IMG/VR virus record: IMGVR_UViG_3300037423_002159
Location: 1-53,816 of that record
Origin: a virus
Lineage: Duplodnaviria > Caudoviricetes
Reading direction: 5' to 3' (one strand)
Length of the DNA: 53,816 nucleotides
A program made the translations under genes and the position numbers. This document shows positions 8,617 to 17,337 of this stretch, piece after piece. The notes below the pieces were generated by a model, which was not told the DNA's origin, did no database searches, and saw only the letters and a program-made list of their open reading frames with translations. The first letter of the stretch is position 1, and every line of letters starts with the position of its first letter.

Positions 8617-9095
8617 GCGACTACACCCTGGCCGTCGTCCGCGGCGGCGTCGACCTGGACCCGCGCGAGTACCGCGGCGTCGAGACCGTCGCCTACCGCC
8701 ACGAAGTGACCGGCGTCTGGTACATCCCGCAGTGGCCTGGCTACTACTCCGGGCCGGTCGAGGTCGTGCGCCCACTCGTCGTGCTCGACTTCGGCGGCGA
8801 GGACGGCATCGACGTCGTCGACTTCCTCAACTCGCTCCGCGGCGGCCTCGGCGGCGACGACGCCTGCAACATCGCCGACCAGATCGAGCGGCAGGTGCTC
8901 CAGCCGCTGGCCGAGCCGCTCGAGTTCGGCACCCGCGTCATGGCGCGACCCCGCCGAGCCGACAAGGTCATCCCGCCCCGTCTGTGGATTCGCGTCCTCA
9001 AGACCGAAGCGGGCGACGCCGCCTGGCACGACGGGGCCGACGGGGCCGCCCTGCTTCGCTGGTCCGAGCTCCGCGTGACCGAGGTACTCGGATGA
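8613..9095 (+). CDS. Hypothetical protein
   Basis: GGAAGG RBS; ATGA coupling. Confidence 0.75.
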   Translation: MSDYTLAVVRGGVDLDPREYRGVETVAYRHEVTGVWYIPQWPGYYSGPVEVVRPLVVLDFGGEDGIDVVDFLNSLRGGLGGDDACNIADQIERQVLQPLAEPLEFGTRVMARPRRADKVIPPRLWIRVLKTEAGDAAWHDGADGAALLRWSELRVTEVLG

Positions 9096-9475
9096 CAGCC
9101 CGGCCCAAGCCCAGCGTCTGGCCGTCCGTCGCGGAGTTGCAGGAGCGGCGCGACGAGTGCCTGCGTCAGATGGAGGCGCGCCGCAAGGTGCTGCGCGACC
9201 GCTGGCGACGTGGTGAGACGTCCAACGCCGCCTCGCTCGTCGACCTCGAGAGCCGCGACGTCGTGCTGTCCAACATGTCGGCCCGGCTCGTGACGTACAA
9301 CGTCGACCTCGAGCGCCTCGACCAGCACGAGATCGTCACCTTCGAGAAGGCGGTACTGGGCGGCTACGTCTGGGCCTGCGCCTGCAGGGCGACCGGGACG
9401 GCGCCGACCTCGTACGTCGCGATGCACCGATGGATCGACCACGTCGAGGCGGCCGTCTGGGGTGTCGAGGCATGA
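9092..9475 (+). CDS. Hypothetical protein
   Basis: ATGA coupling; WACAC...W.DH. Confidence 0.7.
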   Translation: MTARPKPSVWPSVAELQERRDECLRQMEARRKVLRDRWRRGETSNAASLVDLESRDVVLSNMSARLVTYNVDLERLDQHEIVTFEKAVLGGYVWACACRATGTAPTSYVAMHRWIDHVEAAVWGVEA

Positions 9476-9666
9476 GTAAGCGCGTCCTGTGCGTCGGTCG
9501 GATCTCGACCGAGTACGACATCCTCACCAATCGCGACCTTCGAGCCATTGTGGTCGAGGCGGTTGTCGACGGCGAGCCGCACTTCAATGCTGCACACGTG
9601 CCGCACCGCTCGGTCTCGGACACCATCGACCGAGTCTTCGCCCCCTTCATCAAGGAGCCCTCATGA
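9472..9666 (+). CDS. Hypothetical protein
   Basis: ATGA coupling. Confidence 0.6.
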   Translation: MSKRVLCVGRISTEYDILTNRDLRAIVVEAVVDGEPHFNAAHVPHRSVSDTIDRVFAPFIKEPS

Positions 9667-10055
9667 CCTCATACCTCGAGACCCTCGTCCGCATCCTGCC
9701 GCGCCAGCGGCGCACCATGGCGGCCCAGCGCAGCCGCGGCTTCGGCATGGTGATCGTCGGCATGGCGATGGCCAGCGTGGCCGCCACGGTCCTGCTCGTC
9801 CGGACACCCACCGCGCCGACGTGGGCGCTGGCCGCCACCGTCTTCTGGCTGCTCGTGGGCGGCTACCTGATCCTGTTCGGCGGCTACCGCGCGACCCGGG
9901 CGGACCTGATCCTCACCCGGATCGAGGCCGACATGAAGTCGGTCGACATCGCGCTGCGCCGGACGCCGTCGATCAAGATCACCGCGTCGACCCAGGAGTT
10001 CCGCGACGAGCTGGAGCGCTTCCTCGAGCGCAACCGCCGGGACGGCCACGCATGA
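9663..10055 (+). CDS. Membrane protein (2 TM)
   Basis: AAGGAG RBS; two hydrophobic segments. Confidence 0.75.
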   Translation: MTSYLETLVRILPRQRRTMAAQRSRGFGMVIVGMAMASVAATVLLVRTPTAPTWALAATVFWLLVGGYLILFGGYRATRADLILTRIEADMKSVDIALRRTPSIKITASTQEFRDELERFLERNRRDGHA

Positions 10056-10693
10056 GCGGCGAGGCGAAGCCCTACCGCGACGCGCTGCGGCGCGTGCTCG
10101 AGGTGGCGCCGGTTGATGGCGGCCCGGTCGACCCGACCGCCATCCACGACGCCATCGGCTCTGACATCATCCTCGACCTGTTCTACTGGGAGCGCTGGGT
10201 CGTTGGCGTGTCCGGCGGCGCCGGGCCCAAGCCGGGCGACGGCCCGCCACTGCATCCCGAGATGCGCCGCGACGGCGGCGCTCCGTTCGCTCCGTTCGAT
10301 ACCGCGGAGATTTCGGAGCACGTCGAGGCCTTCAACAAGCATGTCCGCGACCTCGTCGACCTGCAGCGCCAGGCCGCCGAGAAGCTGGTGCGCGAGGCGG
10401 TCAAGGACGGCACGCTCGAGGCGCCCGTCGTCGAGCCGGTGATCCCCGACGAGCTGGACGGCAACGAGGAGGCGGCCGCCATGCGCTGGTTCGAGCAGCA
10501 CCGGCGCGAGATCCTGACGCAGCGCGACGAGGTGCGTCGGCTGCGCGGCCGTGACCGCGAGTACCAGGTGCTGATCCCCATCGGCAGCGCGCCCAAGGGC
10601 GTGCCCGGCGCGCGCTGCTTCGGCATGGCGATCTTCGAGTCGCCGGTGGTCAGCGAGCCCATGGTCGTCCCGGCCCCGGTGAGGGGGGCGTAG
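10052..10693 (+). CDS. Hypothetical protein
   Basis: ATGA coupling. Confidence 0.7.
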   Translation: MSGEAKPYRDALRRVLEVAPVDGGPVDPTAIHDAIGSDIILDLFYWERWVVGVSGGAGPKPGDGPPLHPEMRRDGGAPFAPFDTAEISEHVEAFNKHVRDLVDLQRQAAEKLVREAVKDGTLEAPVVEPVIPDELDGNEEAAAMRWFEQHRREILTQRDEVRRLRGRDREYQVLIPIGSAPKGVPGARCFGMAIFESPVVSEPMVVPAPVRGA

Positions 10694-11226
10694 TGCCGCC
10701 GGACTGGCTCCTGCCGCTGCTCGGCGTGGCCATCGGCCTCGCCGGCGCCACCTGGAGCCACCTGCGCCCGGACCGCTACCCGATTCAGGGCGGGCCCGTC
10801 GAGCAGGATGACGTCGACCCCGTGCGGCTGCGCCAGATCGACGCGCGCAACCAGACTCAGCTCCAGGTGACGCGCGAGGCCGCGGCGCCCCCGGAGTCGC
10901 GGAACAGCGTCGCGCACGTCGAGTGCGAGTTGGCCGGCCACGACTGGATGACGGCGGACATCGGCTTCGACCGGTGCTCGCGCTGCGGCAGGAATCGTGC
11001 CCTCGTCAGCCGACCGGCAGTTGATCGAGTTTTCAACTATGGCGGCCCGACAGGCCGCGCGGGCCTGCCACAGAGCGGCGGCCCGGGCGATGCGGTCGCC
11101 GTCGAGGGCCGCGACCGGCCAGTCGACCGCGTGGTGTACCCACGCGCCCAGTGCGCCGACAGTGGGCACCTGATGATCTTGGGCAACCCGGTCTGCATGC
11201 GCTGCGGCGAGGACGTGACCCGATGA
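10693..11226 (+). CDS. Membrane-anchored protein with two C..GH...CxRC units
   Basis: N-terminal TM; CELAGHDW...CSRCG and CADSGHL...CMRCG. Confidence 0.65.
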   Translation: MPPDWLLPLLGVAIGLAGATWSHLRPDRYPIQGGPVEQDDVDPVRLRQIDARNQTQLQVTREAAAPPESRNSVAHVECELAGHDWMTADIGFDRCSRCGRNRALVSRPAVDRVFNYGGPTGRAGLPQSGGPGDAVAVEGRDRPVDRVVYPRAQCADSGHLMILGNPVCMRCGEDVTR

Positions 11227-11375
11227 AGATGAAGCGGCTCTGCCGCGCCCAGCGCGAGACATCCTCGATCGTCGCCGAGTGCGAGCGCAAGCACGGTCAC
11301 AAGGGCAAGCACCGCTGCGCCTACGTGGAGGGCCTCGGTGGCCGCAAGACCTACATCACGGTGAGGTGGAAGTGA
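11223..11375 (+). CDS. Small Cys/His protein
   Basis: ATGA coupling; C...C...GH.GKH. Confidence 0.6.
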   Translation: MKMKRLCRAQRETSSIVAECERKHGHKGKHRCAYVEGLGGRKTYITVRWK

Positions 11376-11376
11376 C

Positions 11377-11694
11377 ATGCCGTGGGAGACATCTCGCCGG
11401 CGCGAGCGCCTTCCGTCGAACTGGCCGCAGCTCGTCAAGGCGGTGCGCGCCAGGAGCGGAGGCCGGTGCGAGTTCCTGCTACCGTCTGGTCGGCGCTGCC
11501 CACGCCGGGCCGACGGCGGGGTGGATCACAAGATCCCGAACGACGACCACTCGATGTCGAACCTGAGGGACTCGTGCAAGCACCACCACGGGAAGAAGAG
11601 CAGCGCCGAGGGGCTGGCGGCCCGGGAGGCGAACAAGCCGCGCCCGCATCTGCGCTTCGGCCAGGAGCCGCATCCGCGCTCAAGGCGTGGCTGA
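11377..11694 (+). CDS. HNH endonuclease (cos-packaging-associated type)
   Basis: W..S.RR..LP.NW; RC...C; VDH...DDHS..NL...C..HH.KKS..EG. Confidence 0.9.
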   Translation: MPWETSRRRERLPSNWPQLVKAVRARSGGRCEFLLPSGRRCPRRADGGVDHKIPNDDHSMSNLRDSCKHHHGKKSSAEGLAAREANKPRPHLRFGQEPHPRSRRG

Positions 11695-11876
11695 TGGTCT
11701 ACGTCGTCGTCTTCTACGACTACCGCGACTCGGGCGACCTCGAGATGATCGAGGTCGTCGGCGTGGCCGCCAGCGAGGTGGCCGGCTGGGACATCGCGGC
11801 CGAGCACTGGCATCGCGAGCACGAGGGCCCGCCACCGGCCGCGCACTACGACGTGGACGAGCTCCCGGTGCAGTGA
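11694..11876 (+). CDS. Hypothetical protein
   Basis: TGATG coupling. Confidence 0.65.
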   Translation: MVYVVVFYDYRDSGDLEMIEVVGVAASEVAGWDIAAEHWHREHEGPPPAAHYDVDELPVQ

Positions 11877-11942
11877 CGGCGCATTCCGGGCATAGCAGGC
11901 TACGCTTGCCCCGTAGCGCTACGACATGCCCAGGAGGCACCC

Positions 11943-12539
11943 ATGCGGATCAAGCTGCACGACGACGTCGAGGGACACAAGTCCGGCGAGACGGTCGACG
12001 TTCCCGAGGAGCGAGCCAAGTGGTACCTCGCCAACGGGTACGCCTCGGCCGCCTCGTACAACCGGGACGAAGACCCCGTGGCCGGGGGCGTCCTGGCCAA
12101 GAACGACCCGACGCTGGCCAGCAACCGGTCGGACGAGCCCAACAAGACGCTCCCCGAGGTTGTCGCCGAGCGCGACGGCTGGGCCAGTGCCGTCAGCGAG
12201 GACGCCGACGACTTCGCCCCGACACCGCGCGCCGAGCGGGCACCGATCGAGGCGACCAACGGCAAGGGCGACCCGGAGAAGGCCGCCAAGGGCAAGGCCG
12301 CGCTCGAGGAGAAGGCCGACGCCACCGACGCGACCGACGCCCCGGAGTCCAACCCGGACCTCGTCGAGCAGCGCTCGGACGCCGCGGACACCTCCGAGGA
12401 GGGCGCCCGCAAGGCCGACGCCGCCGGCGACAAGGCCGAGGCCAAGGAGGACGGCCTGGCGGCCGCCACCGCGACCACGGACTCGCCGACCGACCCCGCC
12501 CAGAAGGCGGCGACGAAGGCGCGCGGCAACAAGGGCTGA
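11943..12539 (+). CDS. Acidic low-complexity protein with an N-terminal ribosomal-L9-N-like mini-domain
   Basis: AGGAGG RBS; MRIKL...GHKSGETVDVPEERAKWYLANGYA, then an A/D/E/K-rich tail. Confidence 0.8.
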   Translation: MRIKLHDDVEGHKSGETVDVPEERAKWYLANGYASAASYNRDEDPVAGGVLAKNDPTLASNRSDEPNKTLPEVVAERDGWASAVSEDADDFAPTPRAERAPIEATNGKGDPEKAAKGKAALEEKADATDATDAPESNPDLVEQRSDAADTSEEGARKADAAGDKAEAKEDGLAAATATTDSPTDPAQKAATKARGNKG

Positions 12540-12554
12540 TCGCCCCACGCAGAC

Positions 12555-12595
12555 CGAAGGGCCCGGCACCACCCCTCCGAGTGCCGGGCCCTTCG
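12555..12595. terminator. Terminator between convergent genes
   Basis: 15-bp perfect stem CGAAGGGCCCGGCAC/GTGCCGGGCCCTTCG. Confidence 0.85.
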
Positions 12596-12611
12596 CCATG
12601 CCACCGACCGG

Positions 12612-13127
12612 TCAGCCGGTCGGCGTCTGTGACTGGAACGAGACGATGTGCGCCCAGCGGATGCGGTACTCGACCGCCGTCCCCTCGGGCTGCACCGTCA
12701 GCACGATGTCGCGCCCCTCGAGGCTGCGCACCTCAGTGATGATGTGCCGCCCGTTCCAGTGGCTGCCGTCGACCGTGCGGATGTTGGTGACGATGCCGCC
12801 CTTCTGCAGCCCCAGGTGCTTGAAGAAGGAGACGACGGGCGACTCGGTCGGCGGGATGTGGGCGCGCTGGCGCTGGATCGCGGCCGTGACATCCTCAGCC
12901 GTAGCACCGCCGGAGATGTTGACCTCGCCGCCCAGGTCGCCGAACCTGCGACCGGCCAGCTCCTGGGCGAGCTCGGCGCCGACGTCCGCGCCATCGGTGG
13001 TCGGCCCGACCCCCTTGGCGTCGCAGTAGGGGCAACGCGCGTCGGCCTGCAGCGCCGGCGCGTCGTCGCCGAGCTCGGTCCGCTTCGTGCAGTACGGGGC
13101 CGCGGGGTTATGGCGCAGGCCGGCCAT
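12612..13127 (-). CDS. Hypothetical protein co-transcribed with the RHH gene
   Basis: TGATG coupling to the RHH stop; N-terminal H..C..CPYC. Confidence 0.7.
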   Translation of the reverse strand: MAGLRHNPAAPYCTKRTELGDDAPALQADARCPYCDAKGVGPTTDGADVGAELAQELAGRRFGDLGGEVNISGGATAEDVTAAIQRQRAHIPPTESPVVSFFKHLGLQKGGIVTNIRTVDGSHWNGRHIITEVRSLEGRDIVLTVQPEGTAVEYRIRWAHIVSFQSQTPTG

Positions 13128-13333
13128 CAGACGGCCGCCGACTTCGGCTTGGTGGCCATGCGACGAAGGTGCTCGGCGTAGCGGGCCTCGAGCCCGGCCC
13201 CGTCCAGCGCCTCACGGACCACCTGGGCGGCCGAGAGCTCCTCGTTGGCGGCGATCTCGTCGATCTTGGCGCGCATCTCGTCGGTGCAGACCACCTGGAG
13301 CGGCTGCGCGCGGTACTTCCTCTTGCCGGCCAT
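13127..13333 (-). CDS. Ribbon-helix-helix (CopG/Arc-like) regulator
   Basis: GAGGAGG RBS; LQVVCTDEMRAKIDEIAANEELSAAQVVREAL. Confidence 0.85.
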   Translation of the reverse strand: MAGKRKYRAQPLQVVCTDEMRAKIDEIAANEELSAAQVVREALDGAGLEARYAEHLRRMATKPKSAAV

Positions 13334-13360
13334 GTGGCCTCCTCGAGCGTGTCGTCGGAC

Positions 13361-13397
13361 GTCACTTGCTAGTGACTCGTCACTAGGCTATCGTCAC
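13361..13397. promoter_or_regulatory. Divergent control region: promoter P4 plus four GTCAC(T) boxes
   Basis: TTGCTA-N17-TATCGT (13366-13394); palindrome CTAGTGAC-TC-GTCACTAG 13369-13386; GTCACT 13361; GTCAC 13393. Confidence 0.8.
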
Positions 13398-13434
13398 GGC
13401 TGTCCCCAAGCAAACACCACAAAGGGGGTCCAAC

Positions 13435-13644
13435 ATGGACCAGACCGGCACCACGACCAAGTTGCCCACGAGCATCCCGGGCATCAGCACGGTGCAGACG
13501 CCAGACAAGGTCGACCCGAAGACCGGCACCGTCACCCACGGCCAGATCTTCTTCGTCGGGACCGAGTGCGAGCACTGGGCGCCGAGCGTGAACGACTGCC
13601 GCTTCGGCTGCCTCGTCCGGGCCGAGCGGAAGGCCGCCGCCTGA
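13435..13644 (+). CDS. Hypothetical protein
   Basis: AAAGGGGG RBS; first gene after P4. Confidence 0.7.
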   Translation: MDQTGTTTKLPTSIPGISTVQTPDKVDPKTGTVTHGQIFFVGTECEHWAPSVNDCRFGCLVRAERKAAA

Positions 13645-14126
13645 TGGCCGGCAAGGTCGACTTCCCCGCCCTGGCGAAGTCGCTCATCGAGGCCCATCCC
13701 GGCCAGCGCCTCGAGGAGGTCGTCGAGCACGCGATGCGCCTGGCCTACAGCGAGGGCTACGAGGCCCGCGTGAACGAGTTCCCGGCCACCACCGCGCCGT
13801 CCGGCATGTCCTTCAGCCGGCCGGTCGCGGTGCGAGTCAACGGGCTCTTCCTCGGCAAGACCTACTGGGTCCAACTCCGTCAGGTCGGCGAGGCGCCTGT
13901 CGAGATCAACATCGAGCTCGACCGCCAGCTCGACGAGGAGGCCGCCCCGAAGCCGCTGCCCGTCGAGGACCACCGCGACTGCAGCACCGATGGTGCGCCT
14001 CGGGCCCGGAGGCCGATCTCGGCCGAGAAGGCGCTGCTGCTGCTCATCGAGTCCGACCTGCTCGACGACGCCGAGCGCAAGGACGCCGTCAACGGCCTCA
14101 TCCAGCGGCTGGCGGCGATGCTCTGA
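13644..14126 (+). CDS. Hypothetical protein
   Basis: TGATG coupling. Confidence 0.7.
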   Translation: MAGKVDFPALAKSLIEAHPGQRLEEVVEHAMRLAYSEGYEARVNEFPATTAPSGMSFSRPVAVRVNGLFLGKTYWVQLRQVGEAPVEINIELDRQLDEEAAPKPLPVEDHRDCSTDGAPRARRPISAEKALLLLIESDLLDDAERKDAVNGLIQRLAAML

Positions 14127-14533
14127 TGGGCGGCACGTTCAAGGGTCGCAAGGTCGGCCGCGTCGAGTCGCTCGACGACTACAGGGCCTTCGGCGACGAC
14201 GTCGACTTCGACCACGAGGAGCCGAACGTCGTCACGAGCCGCTTCGGTCTCGACGGGATGGAGGACTGGCACATGCCGGTGCTCGACATCGACTTCCCGG
14301 CTCACCTCGAGCCGTCGACCACGGAGGGACACTTCCACCTCTACCTCGACCGGGCCATGGAGCAGGACAGCCTATTCAAGCTCATGGACGTCATGTGCGA
14401 GGTTGGACTGCTCGAGCCGGGCTACGTCGCGGCCGCGAAGATCCGCGGCTACTCCTCGTGCCGGCTGCCGTGGGTGCGGAAGCCGGAATCGCCCGCGCCC
14501 GCGCCGGCCGTCGAGCAGGGGAGGATCTTCTGA
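14126..14533 (+). CDS. Small protein with AEP (primase-polymerase)-like catalytic motifs
   Basis: PVLDID followed by STTEGHFHLY. Confidence 0.5.
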   Translation: MGGTFKGRKVGRVESLDDYRAFGDDVDFDHEEPNVVTSRFGLDGMEDWHMPVLDIDFPAHLEPSTTEGHFHLYLDRAMEQDSLFKLMDVMCEVGLLEPGYVAAAKIRGYSSCRLPWVRKPESPAPAPAVEQGRIF

Positions 14534-14814
14534 TGGCCATGCCGCGGGTGTCGACCCGCCAGCGTGACGTCGTCCTGGCCCGGCTCGCCGGCGACGAGGA
14601 GCTGGCCGAGGCACTGGGCCTCGTGCCGTACGTCGGGCACGAGACGACCGGTCCGACGGGGCGTGGCAAGGTGCGCGAGGTGCTTCGCGAGCCGGAGTTC
14701 TACGACGAGGCCGACGAGGCCGAGCGGCTCAAGCTGCTGGGCTCCTCGCACGCCGCCCTGCCACCGCTGAACGACTTCAACAGCGGCTTCAACAACGCAC
14801 TGAGGAGCGCCTGA
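14533..14814 (+). CDS. Hypothetical protein
   Basis: GGGAGG RBS; TGATG coupling. Confidence 0.7.
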   Translation: MAMPRVSTRQRDVVLARLAGDEELAEALGLVPYVGHETTGPTGRGKVREVLREPEFYDEADEAERLKLLGSSHAALPPLNDFNSGFNNALRSA

Positions 14815-15365
14815 TGGCCACACCGAAGCGTCACTTCTGCCACGAGATCGTCGTCGACCGGGCCAAAGGCGAGATCCGCATGGACGGCGTCGTCTTCCCG
14901 TACTGGACGACGCCCGACCCGGAGATCGAGATCCCCCGGCATGACCAGGTACCCATCGGCGTGCTGAACATCGGGATCTTCGCCGAGAGCATCACCTACA
15001 TCGGTGACGACGGCCGGCCCAAGCCGCTGCTCGAGGCGACGCCAGCGGCACACTCCGAGTGGGCCCGGCGCCGCGCCAAGGAGATCGTCCTCGAGCGCAT
15101 GGCCGATGTTCTGTCGTGGCTCGAGCAGGCGGCCGACGACCGCCAGGACGCCGAGTACACCGCCTACCACAAGGGCTACCGGGCCGGCGTCGAGGCCTCG
15201 GCCGCCCCGCCGCCGCCGCCCCAGCAGTGGCCCACCATGCCGCCGATGCCCCGGGTCAGCACCGACGTCCCGGTCCGCGCCTGCGACAACGCCGAGATGG
15301 CGCACAAGCCGCACCTGTTCACGCTGGCCGGCGAGGGCCAGTTCTCCTGCCCGGGGAGGCTGTGA
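14814..15365 (+). CDS. Hypothetical protein
   Basis: GAGGAG RBS; TGATG coupling. Confidence 0.75.
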   Translation: MATPKRHFCHEIVVDRAKGEIRMDGVVFPYWTTPDPEIEIPRHDQVPIGVLNIGIFAESITYIGDDGRPKPLLEATPAAHSEWARRRAKEIVLERMADVLSWLEQAADDRQDAEYTAYHKGYRAGVEASAAPPPPPQQWPTMPPMPRVSTDVPVRACDNAEMAHKPHLFTLAGEGQFSCPGRL

Positions 15366-15652
15366 TGGCTGACGACTTCGGACGCATCGAGCGCGCCATG
15401 GCCGACAGCCTCGGCCTCGACCGGATCGTGAGCGCGACCATCCCGCCGCCGCCCACTGGCGCCGAGGTGCTCGCGAACGTCAAGGACGCCCTGCGGTCGC
15501 TGCGCCGCACCGTCATCTGCCAGCCCGAGCACGTCGAGGGCCTGAGGGCCGCGATCGAGGACGAGGGCCTGACCGGCAGCGTCAAGGTCTTCGGCGACGA
15601 GTACATCCCGCCGGGCCGCATCTACGTCTACCGGGGGTGGCCCGATGCCTGA
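15365..15652 (+). CDS. Hypothetical protein
   Basis: GGGAGG RBS; TGATG coupling. Confidence 0.7.
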   Translation: MADDFGRIERAMADSLGLDRIVSATIPPPPTGAEVLANVKDALRSLRRTVICQPEHVEGLRAAIEDEGLTGSVKVFGDEYIPPGRIYVYRGWPDA

Positions 15653-15797
15653 CGTGATCCTCGTCCTCGACCAGGACGCCTTCTGGTGGTGCTGCGAGAA
15701 GTGTGCCCAGGAGAACCGCGAGGTCCGCAGCTTCATCGGGCAGGCCCGGTGCAAGCACTGCAAGGCCCTCGCCTTCATCACGGAGGTGGTGAAGTGA
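15645..15797 (+). CDS. Small zinc-ribbon protein (50 aa)
   Basis: CEKC...CKHC; too short for the ORF track. Confidence 0.65.
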   Translation: MPDVILVLDQDAFWWCCEKCAQENREVRSFIGQARCKHCKALAFITEVVK

Positions 15798-16060
15798 CGC
15801 AGGGCCTGTGGGTCGAACGGCAGTGGTCCAGCGTCCGCGCCGGCGACTACGTCCAGAACGTCGCCGACGGCACCGCCTGGCAGGTCATCGCGCGTGGCGT
15901 ACTCGGCGACATCACGGTGCGCAACCAGCAGATGTCGCAGGCGAACATCGGTAAGCAGTCCGGCCCGGTCGCCGTCTGGGACGGTTCGCCCGAGGCCCTC
16001 AACCTCGAGGGCTTCCGCGCCGTGCTCGGCGCGAAGGTCATCTACGACAAGAAGAGCTAG
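15794..16060 (+). CDS. Hypothetical protein
   Basis: GGAGG RBS; GTGA overlap. Confidence 0.7.
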   Translation: MTQGLWVERQWSSVRAGDYVQNVADGTAWQVIARGVLGDITVRNQQMSQANIGKQSGPVAVWDGSPEALNLEGFRAVLGAKVIYDKKS

Positions 16061-16070
16061 GAGATCCCCC

Positions 16071-16373
16071 ATGGAAGACGTGTACCGCATGCAGCGCGAG
16101 CAGAACGCTCGCGACCTCGAGAGGCGCCTGACGCCGAAGGAGCGTGAGCGCCTCGATGCCGACCGCGCCCGCGTCGGTGAGGACGAGATCGAGGTCAAGT
16201 ACGTCCCGAACCGTGCGCAGCGTCGAGCGGCCGAGCGGGCCCGGAAGGCCAGTGTCCGCCGTGGCCAGCGCGCCGCCGACCGCCGCATCGCCGAGCTCGA
16301 GAAGGACATGAGCCCGGAGCAGATCGCCCGGGCCCGCGCCCTGGCGGCCAAGCAGCTTGGAGGCCGACGATGA
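16071..16373 (+). CDS. Hypothetical charged helical protein (NRAQRR motif)
   Basis: AGGAG RBS. Confidence 0.7.
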   Translation: MEDVYRMQREQNARDLERRLTPKERERLDADRARVGEDEIEVKYVPNRAQRRAAERARKASVRRGQRAADRRIAELEKDMSPEQIARARALAAKQLGGRR

Positions 16374-17050
16374 GTGACATCCACAGCGCCATCGCCGACG
16401 CGCGGCGCGGCCACCGCATCGCCGAGTGGGAGGGCGTCGCGCGACGCCTCGCCGACGCTGCCGAGGCTTTCGTCGCGCCGCGCGCTCGCGACGAGACGCC
16501 GCCCACCGACGCCGTCGAACGGATGGCCTACTGGGCTCGCCGCGTCATCGAGAACGACGGCCGCCTGTCAGCCGACTCGTCCGCGAGCCTCGACATGGCC
16601 CACGAGGAGCTGGTCAGGGCCGCGCAGTCCTACCTTGACCGTCCGATTGTCAACGTCCGCTCCGACATCTTCGGCGGCATGCAGGCCGAGGTCATCGCCT
16701 GGGCCGTCGTGAAGGGCTGGCACGGCCCGGACGCTCCTGAGGTCCGCTTCGGCGAGGCGATGGCGCTGCTGCACAGCGAGGTCTCTGAGGCACTCGAGGC
16801 CTACCGCACGCACGGCACGGAGGACTTCACCAAGAAGGCCTGCGAGGGTACGCGGGCACATCTCGAGTCGACCGTCGGCCCGACCGGGCATGTCTGCAAG
16901 CCCGAGGGGGTCGGCTCGGAGTTCGCCGACATCCTCATCCGACTCCTGCACTACAGCGAGCTCTTCGGGGTCGACCTGGCCGCCGAGTTTGAGCGCAAGA
17001 TGGCCTACAACCACACGCGCGCCTTCCGTCACGGCGGGAGGGCCCTCTGA
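16370..17050 (+). CDS. MazG-like NTP pyrophosphohydrolase with an N-terminal extension
   Basis: LLHSEVSEALEA...KPEGVGSEFADILIR...KMAYN..R..RHG. Confidence 0.88.
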   Translation: MSDIHSAIADARRGHRIAEWEGVARRLADAAEAFVAPRARDETPPTDAVERMAYWARRVIENDGRLSADSSASLDMAHEELVRAAQSYLDRPIVNVRSDIFGGMQAEVIAWAVVKGWHGPDAPEVRFGEAMALLHSEVSEALEAYRTHGTEDFTKKACEGTRAHLESTVGPTGHVCKPEGVGSEFADILIRLLHYSELFGVDLAAEFERKMAYNHTRAFRHGGRAL

Positions 17051-17328
17051 TGAGCGACGACGGAATGGTCGAGACGAAGATCTACGTCCAGCTCGACCCA
17101 AAGCGCGGACACTACAGCCGCAAGATCGAGGGCATGCGCCCTGTCGCGATGACGACCGGCAAGCCCGAGAGCCTGCGGGGCAGGATCGTCGTCGGGCTCA
17201 CGCTGCGCCTGCCCGCCTCGGTGTTCGAGCCGCTCGAGCCGAGCGCCGTCATCACCCTCGACGAGGGCAGCATTATCCGCCGCGAGACTCTCGAGGTCGA
17301 CGCTCTGCCCAGCGACGACGATGAGTAA
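17050..17328 (+). CDS. Hypothetical protein
   Basis: TGATG coupling. Confidence 0.7.
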   Translation: MSDDGMVETKIYVQLDPKRGHYSRKIEGMRPVAMTTGKPESLRGRIVVGLTLRLPASVFEPLEPSAVITLDEGSIIRRETLEVDALPSDDDE

Positions 17329-17337
17329 GGTCCGACC

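Noticed and set aside
11371-16378. Single AGTGAC hits at gene junctions (11371, 11872, 15793, 16373) as operator boxes
   Set aside because: Explained by stop/start codons or adjacent coding sequence; not tandem
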